Below, one piece after another: positions 1 through 9,804 of a stretch of DNA of 64,000 nucleotides. The position numbers and the translations under genes were made by a program. The notes under the pieces are model-generated. The model was not told the origin of the DNA. It ran no database searches and saw only the letters and a program-made list of their open reading frames with translations. The number at the start of each line of letters is the position of its first letter. Position 1 is the first letter of the stretch. Where the stretch lies: positions 198,612 to 262,611 of the forward strand of contig JBAYVA010000001.1 of NCBI GenBank assembly GCA_041674805.1, in the 5' to 3' direction. Source of the DNA: Candidatus Magasanikiibacteriota bacterium (GTDB taxonomy: Bacteria; Patescibacteriota; Patescibacteriia; Magasanikbacterales; UBA922).

Positions 1-1
1 A

Positions 2-1345
2 AAGACAGTCACTACAGTAAAGAAGACTGTTTCCAAAAAAACAGCTTCCAAAACTAATACAAATTCCCGTCCAAATAAAACTCTTAAACGGGTCCAAAAT
101 GTTGGTAAAAAAATTACTAACACAAAAAATAGTGTCAAAAAAGTACTTAGTAAAAGTGCTTTTAAAAGACAAAAAAGAAAAGAAGAAAAAACAAAAGTAA
201 AACTTGACAAATCACAATTTGACAAGAATTTTGTGGTACCTACAGAAGACAAAGTAGTACAATTGGTAAAAAAAGGACGTGAAAGAGGTTTTTTGACTGA
301 GCATGAAATATTACTGTTGTTTGATAGACTTGAGTATTATTTAGATGTGTTTGATAATTTTTTGGACAAAGTAGACAAAAATAGTGTTTCTATTGTAGAA
401 AGTCAGCCAGGTGGTTTACTCGGTAATAGATATAATACTCATAGAGAAACAGTCATGGTAGATTTACAAGGAGATCAAGCTGGTGAGAAGTCATTTTTGT
501 CTTTTGATTTGGCTAATATTTCTCAAGATTCTATCCAAATGTATTTGCGTGAAATTGGTAAGGTACCACTTTTGTCAGCTGACGACGAAGTATCTTTGGC
601 CAAACGACGTGAAAGAGGTGACAAAAATGCTGAACGAAAAATGATTGAAGCCAATTTGCGTCTAGTAGTTTCTATTGCCAAAAAATTTGTTGGTAAATCA
701 TTATCAATGCTTGATTTGATTCAAGAAGGAAATATTGGTTTGTTCCGTGCTGTCAAAAAGTTTGATTATCGTAAAGGTTACAAATTTTCTACTTATGCCA
801 CTTGGTGGATAAGACAAGCTATCACTCGTGCTTTGGCTGACCATTCTCGTACGATTCGTATTCCTGTTCATATGGTCGAGACAATCAATAGATTGCAACA
901 AGTTTCTCGTCATTTGCTTCAAGATCTAGGTCGTGATGCAACTCCAGAAGAAATTGCAGCTGAAATGGGTGAGGAAGTAGAAAAAGTCAAACATATTATC
1001 AAAATTTCTCAAGACACAGTCTCACTTGAAACTTCTGTGGGTGATAATGATGATGACGATACTTCACTTTCTGACTTTATCAAAGACGTCAAATCTGTTA
1101 GTCCTGCACAAGCCGCTGGCGTGGAATTACTCAAAGATTATATCAAAGAAGCGGTCAAAGATCTTTCTCCTCGTGAGAAAAAAATCTTGGAAATGCGTTT
1201 TGGTCTAGATGATGGTGTCACTCATACTTTGGAAGAAGTTGGTAAAGAATTTGGTGTTACTCGTGAACGTATTCGTCAGATTGAATCAAAAGCGCTTGAT
1301 AAAATTAAAGATTTTGATGTGATTAAGAAGTTGCGTGACTATTAA
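2..1345 (+). CDS. rpoD: Primary RNA polymerase sigma-70 factor (5' end outside the window)
   Basis: Region 1.2 ([16 protein letters not shown]), region 2 ([29 protein letters not shown]) and region 4 ([21 protein letters not shown]). The frame is open from base 2 through a Lys/Thr-rich stretch, so the GTG at 233 is probably not the true start. Confidence 0.95.
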   Translation, partial: KTVTTVKKTVSKKTASKTNTNSRPNKTLKRVQNVGKKITNTKNSVKKVLSKSAFKRQKRKEEKTKVKLDKSQFDKNFVVPTEDKVVQLVKKGRERGFLTEHEILLLFDRLEYYLDVFDNFLDKVDKNSVSIVESQPGGLLGNRYNTHRETVMVDLQGDQAGEKSFLSFDLANISQDSIQMYLREIGKVPLLSADDEVSLAKRRERGDKNAERKMIEANLRLVVSIAKKFVGKSLSMLDLIQEGNIGLFRAVKKFDYRKGYKFSTYATWWIRQAITRALADHSRTIRIPVHMVETINRLQQVSRHLLQDLGRDATPEEIAAEMGEEVEKVKHIIKISQDTVSLETSVGDNDDDDTSLSDFIKDVKSVSPAQAAGVELLKDYIKEAVKDLSPREKKILEMRFGLDDGVTHTLEEVGKEFGVTRERIRQIESKALDKIKDFDVIKKLRDY

Positions 1346-1391
1346 AATATAAAAACATCTCAACAATTAAACACTATAATATTAAAACGTA

Positions 1392-1427
1392 AAAAACAAT
1401 CCCGATAGTTAGTCGGGATTTTTTTTG
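1392..1427. terminator. Intrinsic terminator after rpoD (probably bidirectional)
   Basis: AATCCCGA-N7-TCGGGATT hairpin between an A-run and a T-run, between convergent genes. Confidence 0.75.
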
Positions 1428-1503
1428 TAATTTTAATTTTTTGTTTTTATATTTTCATAATAAAAAAGTAATTCATTCACAAGATATTTTATCATGAAAA
1501 CGT

Positions 1504-2244
1504 TTAATCTGATTCGGCAAGAATTTCTAATAAATCTAAAAATAGGTTAATAATATCTAAATAAATATTTACAGCAATAGTGATTGCAGCTCCCCACGAT
1601 TCATCTCCTTTCATTTTTTCCATCATGTTGAAGTCGAAAAGTAAATATAAAGTAAAGATAATAGCTCCAATATATGCTTTGACTAGGGAAAACATTTTTG
1701 AACGGAAAAAGAAAACATTCAAAAATCCCATTATAATTAGTACAAATAATGACATGAATAAAAAACCTCCAAGGAAACTGAAATCAATACTTGTTAGAAA
1801 TACAATCCCAGCTGTAGAAAAAACAGCAAGGGCTGTAGCAAATAATGCTTGAAAAACAATATTGTGCCATTCTTTGTGATATTTAGTAGCGTCAAAAGAT
1901 TTTTCTAATTCATTTTTTTGTTCATCATTAATTTCTTGTCCTTTTTTTATAATAATTCCACGACTTTTGAAATATCTTTTAATTTTGAATCTTTTGCCTA
2001 AGTGTTCAATTGTTGGACCAATTTCCCAGCCAACTAAAGCTGAAAAAACAGCAACAAGAAAAATATTGAGAGGATAAATGTTTGCAAACAACATTATTGC
2101 AAGCAAAAAAACAAATGTAGCAATAACGGTTATAAACATTTCTTTTGTTGTTTCAAACGTTTTATTTATGCGAGATGTTATTGAGGTAATTAACAACATA
2201 CCCCCGACAATTAAGAATGTACGAGCAAATAAGATATCAAACAT
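1504..2244 (-). CDS. Bax inhibitor-1/YccA family membrane protein
   Basis: Multi-TM protein with C-terminal motifs YLLFDFN and AVNIYLDIINLFLDLLEI; ATG at 2244 preferred over TTG at 2256. Confidence 0.85.
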   Translation of the reverse strand: MFDILFARTFLIVGGMLLITSITSRINKTFETTKEMFITVIATFVFLLAIMLFANIYPLNIFLVAVFSALVGWEIGPTIEHLGKRFKIKRYFKSRGIIIKKGQEINDEQKNELEKSFDATKYHKEWHNIVFQALFATALAVFSTAGIVFLTSIDFSFLGGFLFMSLFVLIIMGFLNVFFFRSKMFSLVKAYIGAIIFTLYLLFDFNMMEKMKGDESWGAAITIAVNIYLDIINLFLDLLEILAESD

Positions 2245-2414
2245 ATTTTTGGTCAAAGTATTAATAGTATAAAAGTAATTTTGAAATAAGTTTCTTAATA
2301 GCGTAACTTTTTAAAAGTAGTATTCACAGATAATTTGTTTGTGAATTGTTTATAAGTATATCATTTTTATGGGGAATGGCAAGATATTTTGTTTATTGTT
2401 TATAATATTCAAGT

Positions 2415-4193
2415 ATGTTACAATTCAAGCATTATATTTTCAAAAAAATTTTATTTATGCATTTTTTTTCTTATTTAAAAGAACATTTTATTGTTTTTAT
2501 TTTTTTATTAACCTTTTCATTTTTACCAAGCATTACCAAAGCTGATTCAGTTCCTTATGTCGGAGTGAGAGACGAGGGTTTGAGTGTGGAATACATTAGT
2601 CAATCAGTTGATGACGATATTCAAATCAAAGCGGGGGACAGTGTAAATATTATTTTCAAATTCAAAAATATTGGTACAAAAACTTGGGACAGTAACAGCA
2701 AAAATTATATTTCTGCTTTCACTATGGAACCTCGTTATCGTAATTCTGAATTTCGAGGTGACAACTGGTTGGGCGCTTATGAGACAGCCAAAATAAATGG
2801 ACAAGTGAAACCTGGAGAAATAGCTGAGTTGTCTTTGAACTTGAAAGCACCAAATAAACCTGGTAAATATATAGAAAAATTCTATTTGGCTTCAAACAAC
2901 TATTCATGGGTAAAAAATGGATACTTTTTTGTTGTTTTGAATGTCGTAGAAAATGTTACAGTTAGTGATATTGTCCCTGTCGTTAATGATGAAATTAGTC
3001 AAGTAGTTAATACTGTTGTAGCTACAACTACCACAAAAAATCTTAGTTTTTCTAGTGGAAAATTGTCAATGATTAGTAGTAAAGATTTTATTGCTAAAGG
3101 TGGGCAACAAATTCCTTTTATTTTGGGTTTTCAAAATTTGAGTCAAGTTGCTTGGAATGGTTATACTATTGCCATAACTGATGACAGCAAAGATTATAAT
3201 TTCATTGATGATGATTGGGCTTCAGCCAATGTAATTCTTTCACAAGATAAAGAAATTGTATCTTATACTAATACTCGTGATACTATTTATCTGCGAGCAC
3301 CAAACAAGCTCGGTGAGTACAAACTTAGATTACAGCTTTTTAGCGATAAAAAAGAAGTAGTAGGTGCTTATGTAGATATTATAGTAAGAGTGTTGGTCGA
3401 AGCAGAAGAAAATTATCTAGTAGCAAGCAAAAGTATTGATACAAATTATGTTTTTGAAATAGTAAAAGATGATAGAGAATATTTAGATAGTTTTGATTTG
3501 GTAAAGCTAAATAAAAAATTAAATACCTATTTGCCAGTGCTCATGTTTCATTATATAGAAGATATTTCTGCCAATACATCTGACAAACTTCGTTATAATT
3601 TGTCTTTTTCGCCAGAAAAGTTGGAGCAATTTTTGCAATATTTCAAAAAAAACAACATTGAAACTCTGACTTTTTGGGATGTAAAAGATATTTTGGAAGG
3701 TAAGAAGGATTTGCCAAAGAAAGCTGTGATTCTTACTTTTGATGATGGTTATGTGAGTCATTATAAAGACGCTTTTCGTCTTTTGCAAAAATATGAGATG
3801 AAAGGTGTGTTTTATATAATTACCAATGCTACTTTCAATACTAAAGAGCATCTCAATTGGGAGCAAATAAAAGAAATGTCTGATGCTGGTCAAGAAATAG
3901 GTTCACACACTGTCAATCATTTGGATTTGTCTTTGGTTAGCTTGGAAAAGCAGAAAAAAGAAATAGTAGATTCTAAAAAAATGATAGAAGAAAAAATTGG
4001 TAAGCCTGTAATTTCTTTTTGTTATCCTTCTGGAAAATATAGTAGTACAGCGCTAAAATTGGTAAAAGACAATTATCTTTTTGCCAGAACTACACAAGCG
4101 GGAAAATATTTTTCTTTTGATAACAGATATGAAAATCCAACAGTGAGAATTTTTCCCACAAGTGGTTTTACTTTGTTAGATATTTTGTTTTAA
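2415..4193 (+). CDS. Secreted polysaccharide deacetylase (CE4) with N-terminal NBR1-like Ig domains
   Basis: Signal peptide; FKFKNIGTKTW...VKPGEIAEL...APNKPGKY Ig-like repeats; C-terminal LPVLMFH, LTFDDG, EIGSHTVNH and FCYPSG motifs. Confidence 0.85.
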   Translation: MLQFKHYIFKKILFMHFFSYLKEHFIVFIFLLTFSFLPSITKADSVPYVGVRDEGLSVEYISQSVDDDIQIKAGDSVNIIFKFKNIGTKTWDSNSKNYISAFTMEPRYRNSEFRGDNWLGAYETAKINGQVKPGEIAELSLNLKAPNKPGKYIEKFYLASNNYSWVKNGYFFVVLNVVENVTVSDIVPVVNDEISQVVNTVVATTTTKNLSFSSGKLSMISSKDFIAKGGQQIPFILGFQNLSQVAWNGYTIAITDDSKDYNFIDDDWASANVILSQDKEIVSYTNTRDTIYLRAPNKLGEYKLRLQLFSDKKEVVGAYVDIIVRVLVEAEENYLVASKSIDTNYVFEIVKDDREYLDSFDLVKLNKKLNTYLPVLMFHYIEDISANTSDKLRYNLSFSPEKLEQFLQYFKKNNIETLTFWDVKDILEGKKDLPKKAVILTFDDGYVSHYKDAFRLLQKYEMKGVFYIITNATFNTKEHLNWEQIKEMSDAGQEIGSHTVNHLDLSLVSLEKQKKEIVDSKKMIEEKIGKPVISFCYPSGKYSSTALKLVKDNYLFARTTQAGKYFSFDNRYENPTVRIFPTSGFTLLDILF

Positions 4194-4269
4194 GTTTCAT
4201 AAAAATAAAAAAACAATCTCGATGAATATCGGGATTGTTTTAAATTATGTTAGGTGATGTCGTTGAATT

Positions 4270-4584
4270 TTATAGCATTTTCTTCTTTTCTCCTTTGAAA
4301 GCGTGCCAGGCACCTTTGATTGATAGTGCAAATGATAAAATGACTATTGTTAAACCAGTATATATCAAAAATTTTGAGGCAACACTTTCCCATAGAAGGC
4401 CCAGAAACAAAATAACTATTCCTGGTATAATGACCATTTTTATTATTTTGTTTTCTTGTTCAAAATGGAACTTAGTAAATTCTGAATTAGTTTGGGTTAA
4501 CCATGATATTACATATCCAAGTTCGAAGAGATAAGCTGATGCGGCGACAATTTTTTCTTGTTTTGTAGTGTTAGTCGTTTCCAT
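4270..4584 (-). CDS. Small membrane protein (DUF4870-like)
   Basis: EKIVAASAY...FTKFHFEQ...AFKGEKKKM pattern with TM segments. Confidence 0.6.
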   Translation of the reverse strand: METTNTTKQEKIVAASAYLFELGYVISWLTQTNSEFTKFHFEQENKIIKMVIIPGIVILFLGLLWESVASKFLIYTGLTIVILSFALSIKGAWHAFKGEKKKML

Positions 4585-4619
4585 AATTTTTTGTTTAGTA
4601 AATAAAAAAATTGGTTAAA

Positions 4620-5138
4620 TTATTTGCTGAAAACAGATACAAATCTTCCTTCGTAGAGAAGTTTGACTACTTCTGTTGGACTGAATATTTTTCCATTCAT
4701 ACAAACATAAATGCCTGGTTTTAGCTCATGAATTTTTGCAATAGAATAACCTAGATTAAATGGAGCATCAGATGGTGAAAAACCAAGAAGTGGAATCATA
4801 CTGCCTGTAAAAATAATAATTTTATTATGTTTACCAAGATTTGCATCTAAATAGCGTGCTGTGTCTGGCATGGTATATGTTCCGTGGGTCACAATAAATT
4901 TTTTGTGAGGACTTTTTTTAATTTCTTTCAATACATTTGCAAGATCACTTTTTTTCAAGGCTCTACTATCTTTCATACAAATGGTTGTAAACTCTGTTTT
5001 TTCGTGGAGTTTCAGACTTTTTATATAGGCTGGTATTGAGGATTCTTTCAAAGTGTCTACTGTATCTTTTACGCCATTATAAAAAGAATCTATGGTACCA
5101 CCAGTTATGATGAAATGGATTGCATTTTTTTGTGTCAT
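4620..5138 (-). CDS. Short asparaginase-family protein (N-terminal domain only)
   Basis: ITGGTID, VTHGTYTM, FTGSMIP and SDAPFNLG motifs; catalytic HGTDT appears as HGTYT. Confidence 0.85.
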   Translation of the reverse strand: MTQKNAIHFIITGGTIDSFYNGVKDTVDTLKESSIPAYIKSLKLHEKTEFTTICMKDSRALKKSDLANVLKEIKKSPHKKFIVTHGTYTMPDTARYLDANLGKHNKIIIFTGSMIPLLGFSPSDAPFNLGYSIAKIHELKPGIYVCMNGKIFSPTEVVKLLYEGRFVSVFSK

Positions 5139-5314
5139 AATATTTAAAACAATTATAAATTCATATTACAATCATATCAAAAAAACAGTGACTTTTCAAT
5201 CCCGACCTAGTCGGGACGAGAAATTTTGATTTTTTATAACTTGCTATGAAGATGTTCTTTTTTATATTTTGTTAGTTTATTGTAAAATAATTAGTTACGC
5301 TGTTTTTGTATTAC

Positions 5315-5590
5315 TTATTTAAAATATTTTTTGGCACTTGGTCGGCGATGAGGACAGCCGGGCCAACAACAAGGTCGGCGTTTACCGGCCAGAAGATCAT
5401 CACACAAGCGGTCTAGATGTTCTTTTCTGGTTTCTTGTTTTTTTACGATGGTAACCCAACATATCCACTCGTTTCGGGCGAGGGGAGTGAGGCTGTTCCA
5501 TTTTTCAAGTACTTCTTTATTGGAAGCCAATGTTTCTTTCAAATCAGCCGGTATTTTGTGGAGTGTAAAAGGGGTGATTTGTTTGGGCAT
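5315..5590 (-). CDS. YdeI/OmpD-associated family protein
   Basis: IPADLKETL...WNSLTPLARNEWICWV...KQETRKEHL...RRPCCWPGCPHR. Confidence 0.8.
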   Translation of the reverse strand: MPKQITPFTLHKIPADLKETLASNKEVLEKWNSLTPLARNEWICWVTIVKKQETRKEHLDRLCDDLLAGKRRPCCWPGCPHRRPSAKKYFK

Positions 5591-5620
5591 ATTTTTATTA
5601 GTTATCGGCAAAATAATGTC

Positions 5621-5720
5621 ACCTAATGTTCAATTATATGTGCGAAATTTGGGAGAAGGAATTTTTTTACATTGAATTATAAATGTGAAAAATTCTTGAA
5701 CCGGATATGCCGTGTTAGCT
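5621..5720 (-). mobile_element. Degenerate attC-like integron recombination site
   Basis: Minus strand: inverse core AGCTAAC, internal stem GAATTTTTCACATT/AATGTAAAAAAATTC, and mutated core ATTAGGT. The inverse core is complementary to the GTTAGCT core at 6287-6293 in front of the GNAT gene. Confidence 0.55.
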
Positions 5721-5775
5721 AATGTAAAAAATTCTTTGTACAATGTTTATTTTCAGTACTTTTGAAAAATTTTTC

Positions 5776-6231
5776 TTACGAAAGTGTCAATTTATATGTG
5801 ATTCCATCTTTCCATTCTGGATTATTCCATTCTTCAAAGCCTAATTTTGCACAAAGTTTTTGCATTGGAAGATTTTCAAAAGCTGTTTCAGTAATTACAT
5901 ATTGAGATTTATGTTTTTTGGCATGGTTTATACAATCCTCCATAAGTTTTTTACCAATTTCTTGCTTTTGAAAATCTGGATTTACGAATATTTCACGAAT
6001 AAAGAAACAATTATTTTCCCACCAGTCTGTGTCACAAGAAACAAATCCGACAAACTCATCTTCTTGTTTCGCAACAATATAAAGGCTATTTTCTCTATTA
6101 AAATTATTTTTTAATAGGTCAATTGTTTTTTTGCCATATTTATAGGAAAAACCTTTATAAATTGATTCTTTATTGTGTAAAATTTCAATTTCATCTTTGC
6201 TTATTACTTTGTGATAAACGATATTGATCAT
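5776..6231 (-). CDS. GNAT family acetyltransferase (putative gene cassette)
   Basis: Motif A FVNPDFQKQEIGKKLM and motif B ENLPMQKLCAKLGF. Confidence 0.85.
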   Translation of the reverse strand: MINIVYHKVISKDEIEILHNKESIYKGFSYKYGKKTIDLLKNNFNRENSLYIVAKQEDEFVGFVSCDTDWWENNCFFIREIFVNPDFQKQEIGKKLMEDCINHAKKHKSQYVITETAFENLPMQKLCAKLGFEEWNNPEWKDGITYKLTLS

Positions 6232-6317
6232 AGAAAAATTTTTTCAAAAAAGTAAAGGTACAACGTTTATTAGAATTTTTTATTTCAGCTAACGTTCGCG
6301 TTTATGCGATGTGATAA

Positions 6318-7004
6318 TTAGTTTTCGTCCTTTGCAAAGTAGATCTCACCTGTTTGGGGCAAATTAAATTTATTAATTAGATATTTGACTAGTTGTTTGG
6401 TTGATTCTATCCTATCTTCTGGATTAGAGAGATATACTTTCTCATAAAGTTTAAAAAAATCCCTGTCTATTTCTTTTATTTTACTTTCCAATTGAAGAGA
6501 TTTTGGTAGCCACTCATTGTTCAATTCAAAAAAAAGTTTGACCATTTTATCCATGATTACATCCCACGAGTGATAAGCAAGTGTGCTGTTAGGTTTATTC
6601 AGTGTGTGTAAAAACATTGTACAGAGATATCCGGCCTCTTTTGGATCATTTTTTGGACCGAGTGACCAAACCCTATTTGCTTTTTTTTGAATTGTTTTCA
6701 TTTGTCCTGATTTGTCAAACACAATTTTACCGTGTGCAATAATTGAAAGTTCAGCATTACTTACTTTATCACGCCTAAAATCCTGATTATTGATAACTTC
6801 CGCCGTAGCACAGCAAATATCTACTAACAGACCTTTGTAGTGAAATGTTTTGTAATATGATTTACCCTTGCTTATTAGCACAGTGAAATCGTAGTCACTT
6901 GTGGCTACAAAGTCTCCTTCAATTCTACTTCCAGCATAAATTATACCCTCGCAAAAAGGGATTTTTTTAAGCTTTTCGATAATCAAATTTACGTTTGTAT
7001 CCAT
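6318..7004 (-). CDS. Pol-beta-type nucleotidyltransferase domain protein (putative gene cassette)
   Basis: GSRIEG...SDYDF (GS-x-DxD) plus third acidic residue in LVDI. Confidence 0.75.
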   Translation of the reverse strand: MDTNVNLIIEKLKKIPFCEGIIYAGSRIEGDFVATSDYDFTVLISKGKSYYKTFHYKGLLVDICCATAEVINNQDFRRDKVSNAELSIIAHGKIVFDKSGQMKTIQKKANRVWSLGPKNDPKEAGYLCTMFLHTLNKPNSTLAYHSWDVIMDKMVKLFFELNNEWLPKSLQLESKIKEIDRDFFKLYEKVYLSNPEDRIESTKQLVKYLINKFNLPQTGEIYFAKDEN

Positions 7005-7024
7005 AATAGAAAACTAATTTTTAT

Positions 7025-7048
7025 TTCGCATAACATTTGTTATACGAA
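7025..7048 (-). mobile_element. attI-like/core site at the head of the cassette run
   Basis: Minus strand TTCGTATAAC-AAAT-GTTATGCGAA; its GTTATGCGA core is matched by TCGCATAA at 6302-6309 just after the nucleotidyltransferase stop. Confidence 0.45.
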
Positions 7049-7185
7049 CTCTTTAAAATAGTCGCTAAATTACGCTATTTATTTTAAATAAATATAAATT
7101 TATAATTAGCTAAAAATCCATACTTTTATCATATCAAAAAAACAATCCCTTCACAAGAGATTGTTAAAATTAAATAGTATAGGAG

Positions 7186-7238
7186 TGGAGAACGTAAGTT
7201 CGCCAATTTTTGTAAACAGGGCGAACTTACGTTCTCCA
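7186..7238. repeat. 19-bp perfect inverted repeat (REP-like hairpin) downstream of sod
   Basis: TGGAGAACGTAAGTTCGCC-N15-GGCGAACTTACGTTCTCCA. Confidence 0.85.
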
Positions 7239-7252
7239 ATCCTTGTAGCTTT

Positions 7253-7837
7253 TTATTGTAGTCTTTCCTCAACCATCTTCCAATTCACATGATCCCAAAA
7301 TTTAGCAATGAAGTCTGGACGGGCGTTGCGGAAATCTATGTAGTAAGCATGCTCCCAAACATCTAGAGTAAGTAAAGGTTTTTTGCCTTCTGTCAGGGGA
7401 GTATTGGCATTGCTGGTTTGTAATATTTCCAATTTGCCGTCACTAGTCTCTACTAACCAAGTCCAGCCAGAACCAAATAGGGAAGTGGCAGCGGTAGTAA
7501 ATTTTTCTTTGAAATTTTCTAGTGATTCAAAATTTTCAGCAATTTTTGTCAAAGTTTTTCCACCAATTGCTTGAGATTCTGGAATAAGAGATTCCCAAAA
7601 AAAACTATGATTGAAATGTTGAGCTGAATTATTAAATACAGCCATATTTTTTTCACTATTGGCAGTCTTGATGACTTCTTCCAAGTCTTTGCCGACATAG
7701 TCTGTACCTTCTATGGCTGCATTTAGCTTGTTTACATAAGCAGCATGATGTTTGCCATGATGATAATCAAAACCTTCGGCTGTACAAAAGTCTGGCATAG
7801 AATCTTTGGCAAAAGGTAAATTTGGTAGTTCGAACAT
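7253..7837 (-). CDS. sodB: Superoxide dismutase, Fe/Mn family (Fe-type residues)
   Basis: HHGKHHAAY, FNNSAQHFNHSFFW, FGSGWTWL and DVWEHAYY motifs. Confidence 0.92.
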   Translation of the reverse strand: MFELPNLPFAKDSMPDFCTAEGFDYHHGKHHAAYVNKLNAAIEGTDYVGKDLEEVIKTANSEKNMAVFNNSAQHFNHSFFWESLIPESQAIGGKTLTKIAENFESLENFKEKFTTAATSLFGSGWTWLVETSDGKLEILQTSNANTPLTEGKKPLLTLDVWEHAYYIDFRNARPDFIAKFWDHVNWKMVEERLQ

Positions 7838-7895
7838 AGGGTTTTTGTTATTTTTTTAAATCGTGTTTTTTAAAACATTAAATTTTAAAATTTAT

Positions 7896-8882
7896 TTAAT
7901 ATCCTAAGATATTTTTTCTTTTTTCAGTCCAAGCAATAGTATCCTTTATTCCTTGTTCTATACTTAGTTCAGCTTTCCAATTTAGTAGTGTATAAGCTTT
8001 TTGTGAACTTGCATAGCCACCAATTACGTCACCTGGTCTTCTTGGTTTATTTTCTTTAGCAATTTTGTATCCAATTACATTTTCAAAAGCTTGGATGAAT
8101 TCCAATACTGTAGCACCTTTTTCTGAACCTAAATTTATCACACAATATTTTTCAGTAATTTTTTCAAATTTTTCAAGAGCAAGCATATGGGCACGAGCTA
8201 AATCCCAAACATGAACATAATCTCTAATAGCAGTACCATCTCTTGTTTCCCAATCAACACCTGTAATAGGCATATTTTCTTTAGTTGCTTGTGTTTTTAG
8301 TATTACGCCTAGTAAATGGCTAGGATTTGCCAACTGTGAACCACTACGAAACTTTGGGTCGGCTCCGACCGGATTGAAATATCTAAGCGAAATAACTTTG
8401 AAGTCATACGCTTTACTAAAATCTTCTAAAATATTTTCAATTATAATTTTAGTATTAGCATATGGACAATTTGCCTTTAGAGGACTTTTTTCATTTACTT
8501 GTAATCCTTCGTCATTGTCATAAATAGAAGCAGACGAGCTAAAAATTATTTTATTTTGGCCTAATTCTATAAGATTATGAAATAATTCTAATGATTTTAC
8601 AACATTTTCTTTGTAGTATTTGTAAGGTTGTGCGACAGATTCAGGTACTACTATGATGGCTGCACAATGAATTGTACAGTATATATCCTTATTTTCAGTA
8701 AAAATTTGTTTTAGTAATTTTTTATCAGCTATATCACCTTCATAAAATATTTTGTTTTTAGTAAATTCTTTTTTTCCTGTTACCAGAGAGTCCAAAATAA
8801 TTGGTTCAATACCTGTATCTTGCAAATATGATGCAATAGTACTACCAATATAGCCGGCTCCTCCTGTAATTAATACTTTCAT
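7896..8882 (-). CDS. galE: UDP-glucose 4-epimerase
   Basis: MKVLITGGAGYIGS (ATG at 8882), FSSSA, YANTK, LRYFNPVGA and DGTAIRDYVHVWDLA motifs. Confidence 0.92.
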   Translation of the reverse strand: MKVLITGGAGYIGSTIASYLQDTGIEPIILDSLVTGKKEFTKNKIFYEGDIADKKLLKQIFTENKDIYCTIHCAAIIVVPESVAQPYKYYKENVVKSLELFHNLIELGQNKIIFSSSASIYDNDEGLQVNEKSPLKANCPYANTKIIIENILEDFSKAYDFKVISLRYFNPVGADPKFRSGSQLANPSHLLGVILKTQATKENMPITGVDWETRDGTAIRDYVHVWDLARAHMLALEKFEKITEKYCVINLGSEKGATVLEFIQAFENVIGYKIAKENKPRRPGDVIGGYASSQKAYTLLNWKAELSIEQGIKDTIAWTEKRKNILGY

Positions 8883-9024
8883 AAAGATTTTTTTTAAAAA
8901 CAATATACAAATTGCAAATTCCAAACAATTTACAAATTTCAATATAAAATATTGTAATTTGTGTTTTGTGTATTGTTTGGAATTTGTTTATTTATAATTG
9001 TTTATTTTTGAATAATTAGGAAAA

Positions 9025-9609
9025 TTAAATTTTACCTACTAAATCAAGCCCTGGTTTCAAAGTATCTTTGCCTGGTTTCCATTTGGCAGGACATACTTTG
9101 TCGCCGTGTTCAGATACGAATTGAGCGGCTTGAAGTTTTCTTAGCAATTCTTCTGAATTTCTACCGATACTGTTGTCATTGATTTCGTAAGATTTGATAA
9201 CGCCATCTGGATTGACGATGAATGTAGCACGCAAGTCAACACCTTCTTCTGGCAAGTAAACGCCAAGCAATTTGGAAAATTTTGAAGTAGGATCAGCCAA
9301 CATTGGATAATTTACTTTTTTGATTGCTTCTGAATGATCATGCCAAGCTTTGTGTACAAATACTGTATCTGTACTTACACTCAAAACCTCAGTATTTAGA
9401 GATTTGAATGTTTCATAGGTCTCAGCCATATCTTCTAGTTCAGTAGGACAGACAAAAGTGAAGTCTGCTGGATAAAAGAAAAGAATAGACCATTTTCCTC
9501 CCATTTTACTTGGGTTTATTTTGACAATTTCATTGTTGCTATAAGCTTCCAATTCCATGTCAGGTACTTTTTGTCCAATGAAACTTGGACGATACATTAT
9601 TTCTTCCAT
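9025..9609 (-). CDS. ahpC: Peroxiredoxin AhpC (typical 2-Cys)
   Basis: FYPADFTFVCPTE and VCPAKWKPG motifs. Confidence 0.95.
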   Translation of the reverse strand: MEEIMYRPSFIGQKVPDMELEAYSNNEIVKINPSKMGGKWSILFFYPADFTFVCPTELEDMAETYETFKSLNTEVLSVSTDTVFVHKAWHDHSEAIKKVNYPMLADPTSKFSKLLGVYLPEEGVDLRATFIVNPDGVIKSYEINDNSIGRNSEELLRKLQAAQFVSEHGDKVCPAKWKPGKDTLKPGLDLVGKI

Positions 9610-9804
9610 ATGTGGATAAAATTAAGTTTATTAAATAATATAATTTATACTTTTATGGTACTATATAAGAGCTATCTAGTCAATCTGTGGAAAAGTATTG
9701 ATTTTCCTTCACAATTGCATAGTATATAAGCTTTGTGCTATAATTGCCAAAGTCAAAAAACTAATTTATTAATTAATTTATTTATTTCATTTAATTTTGT
9801 AAAT

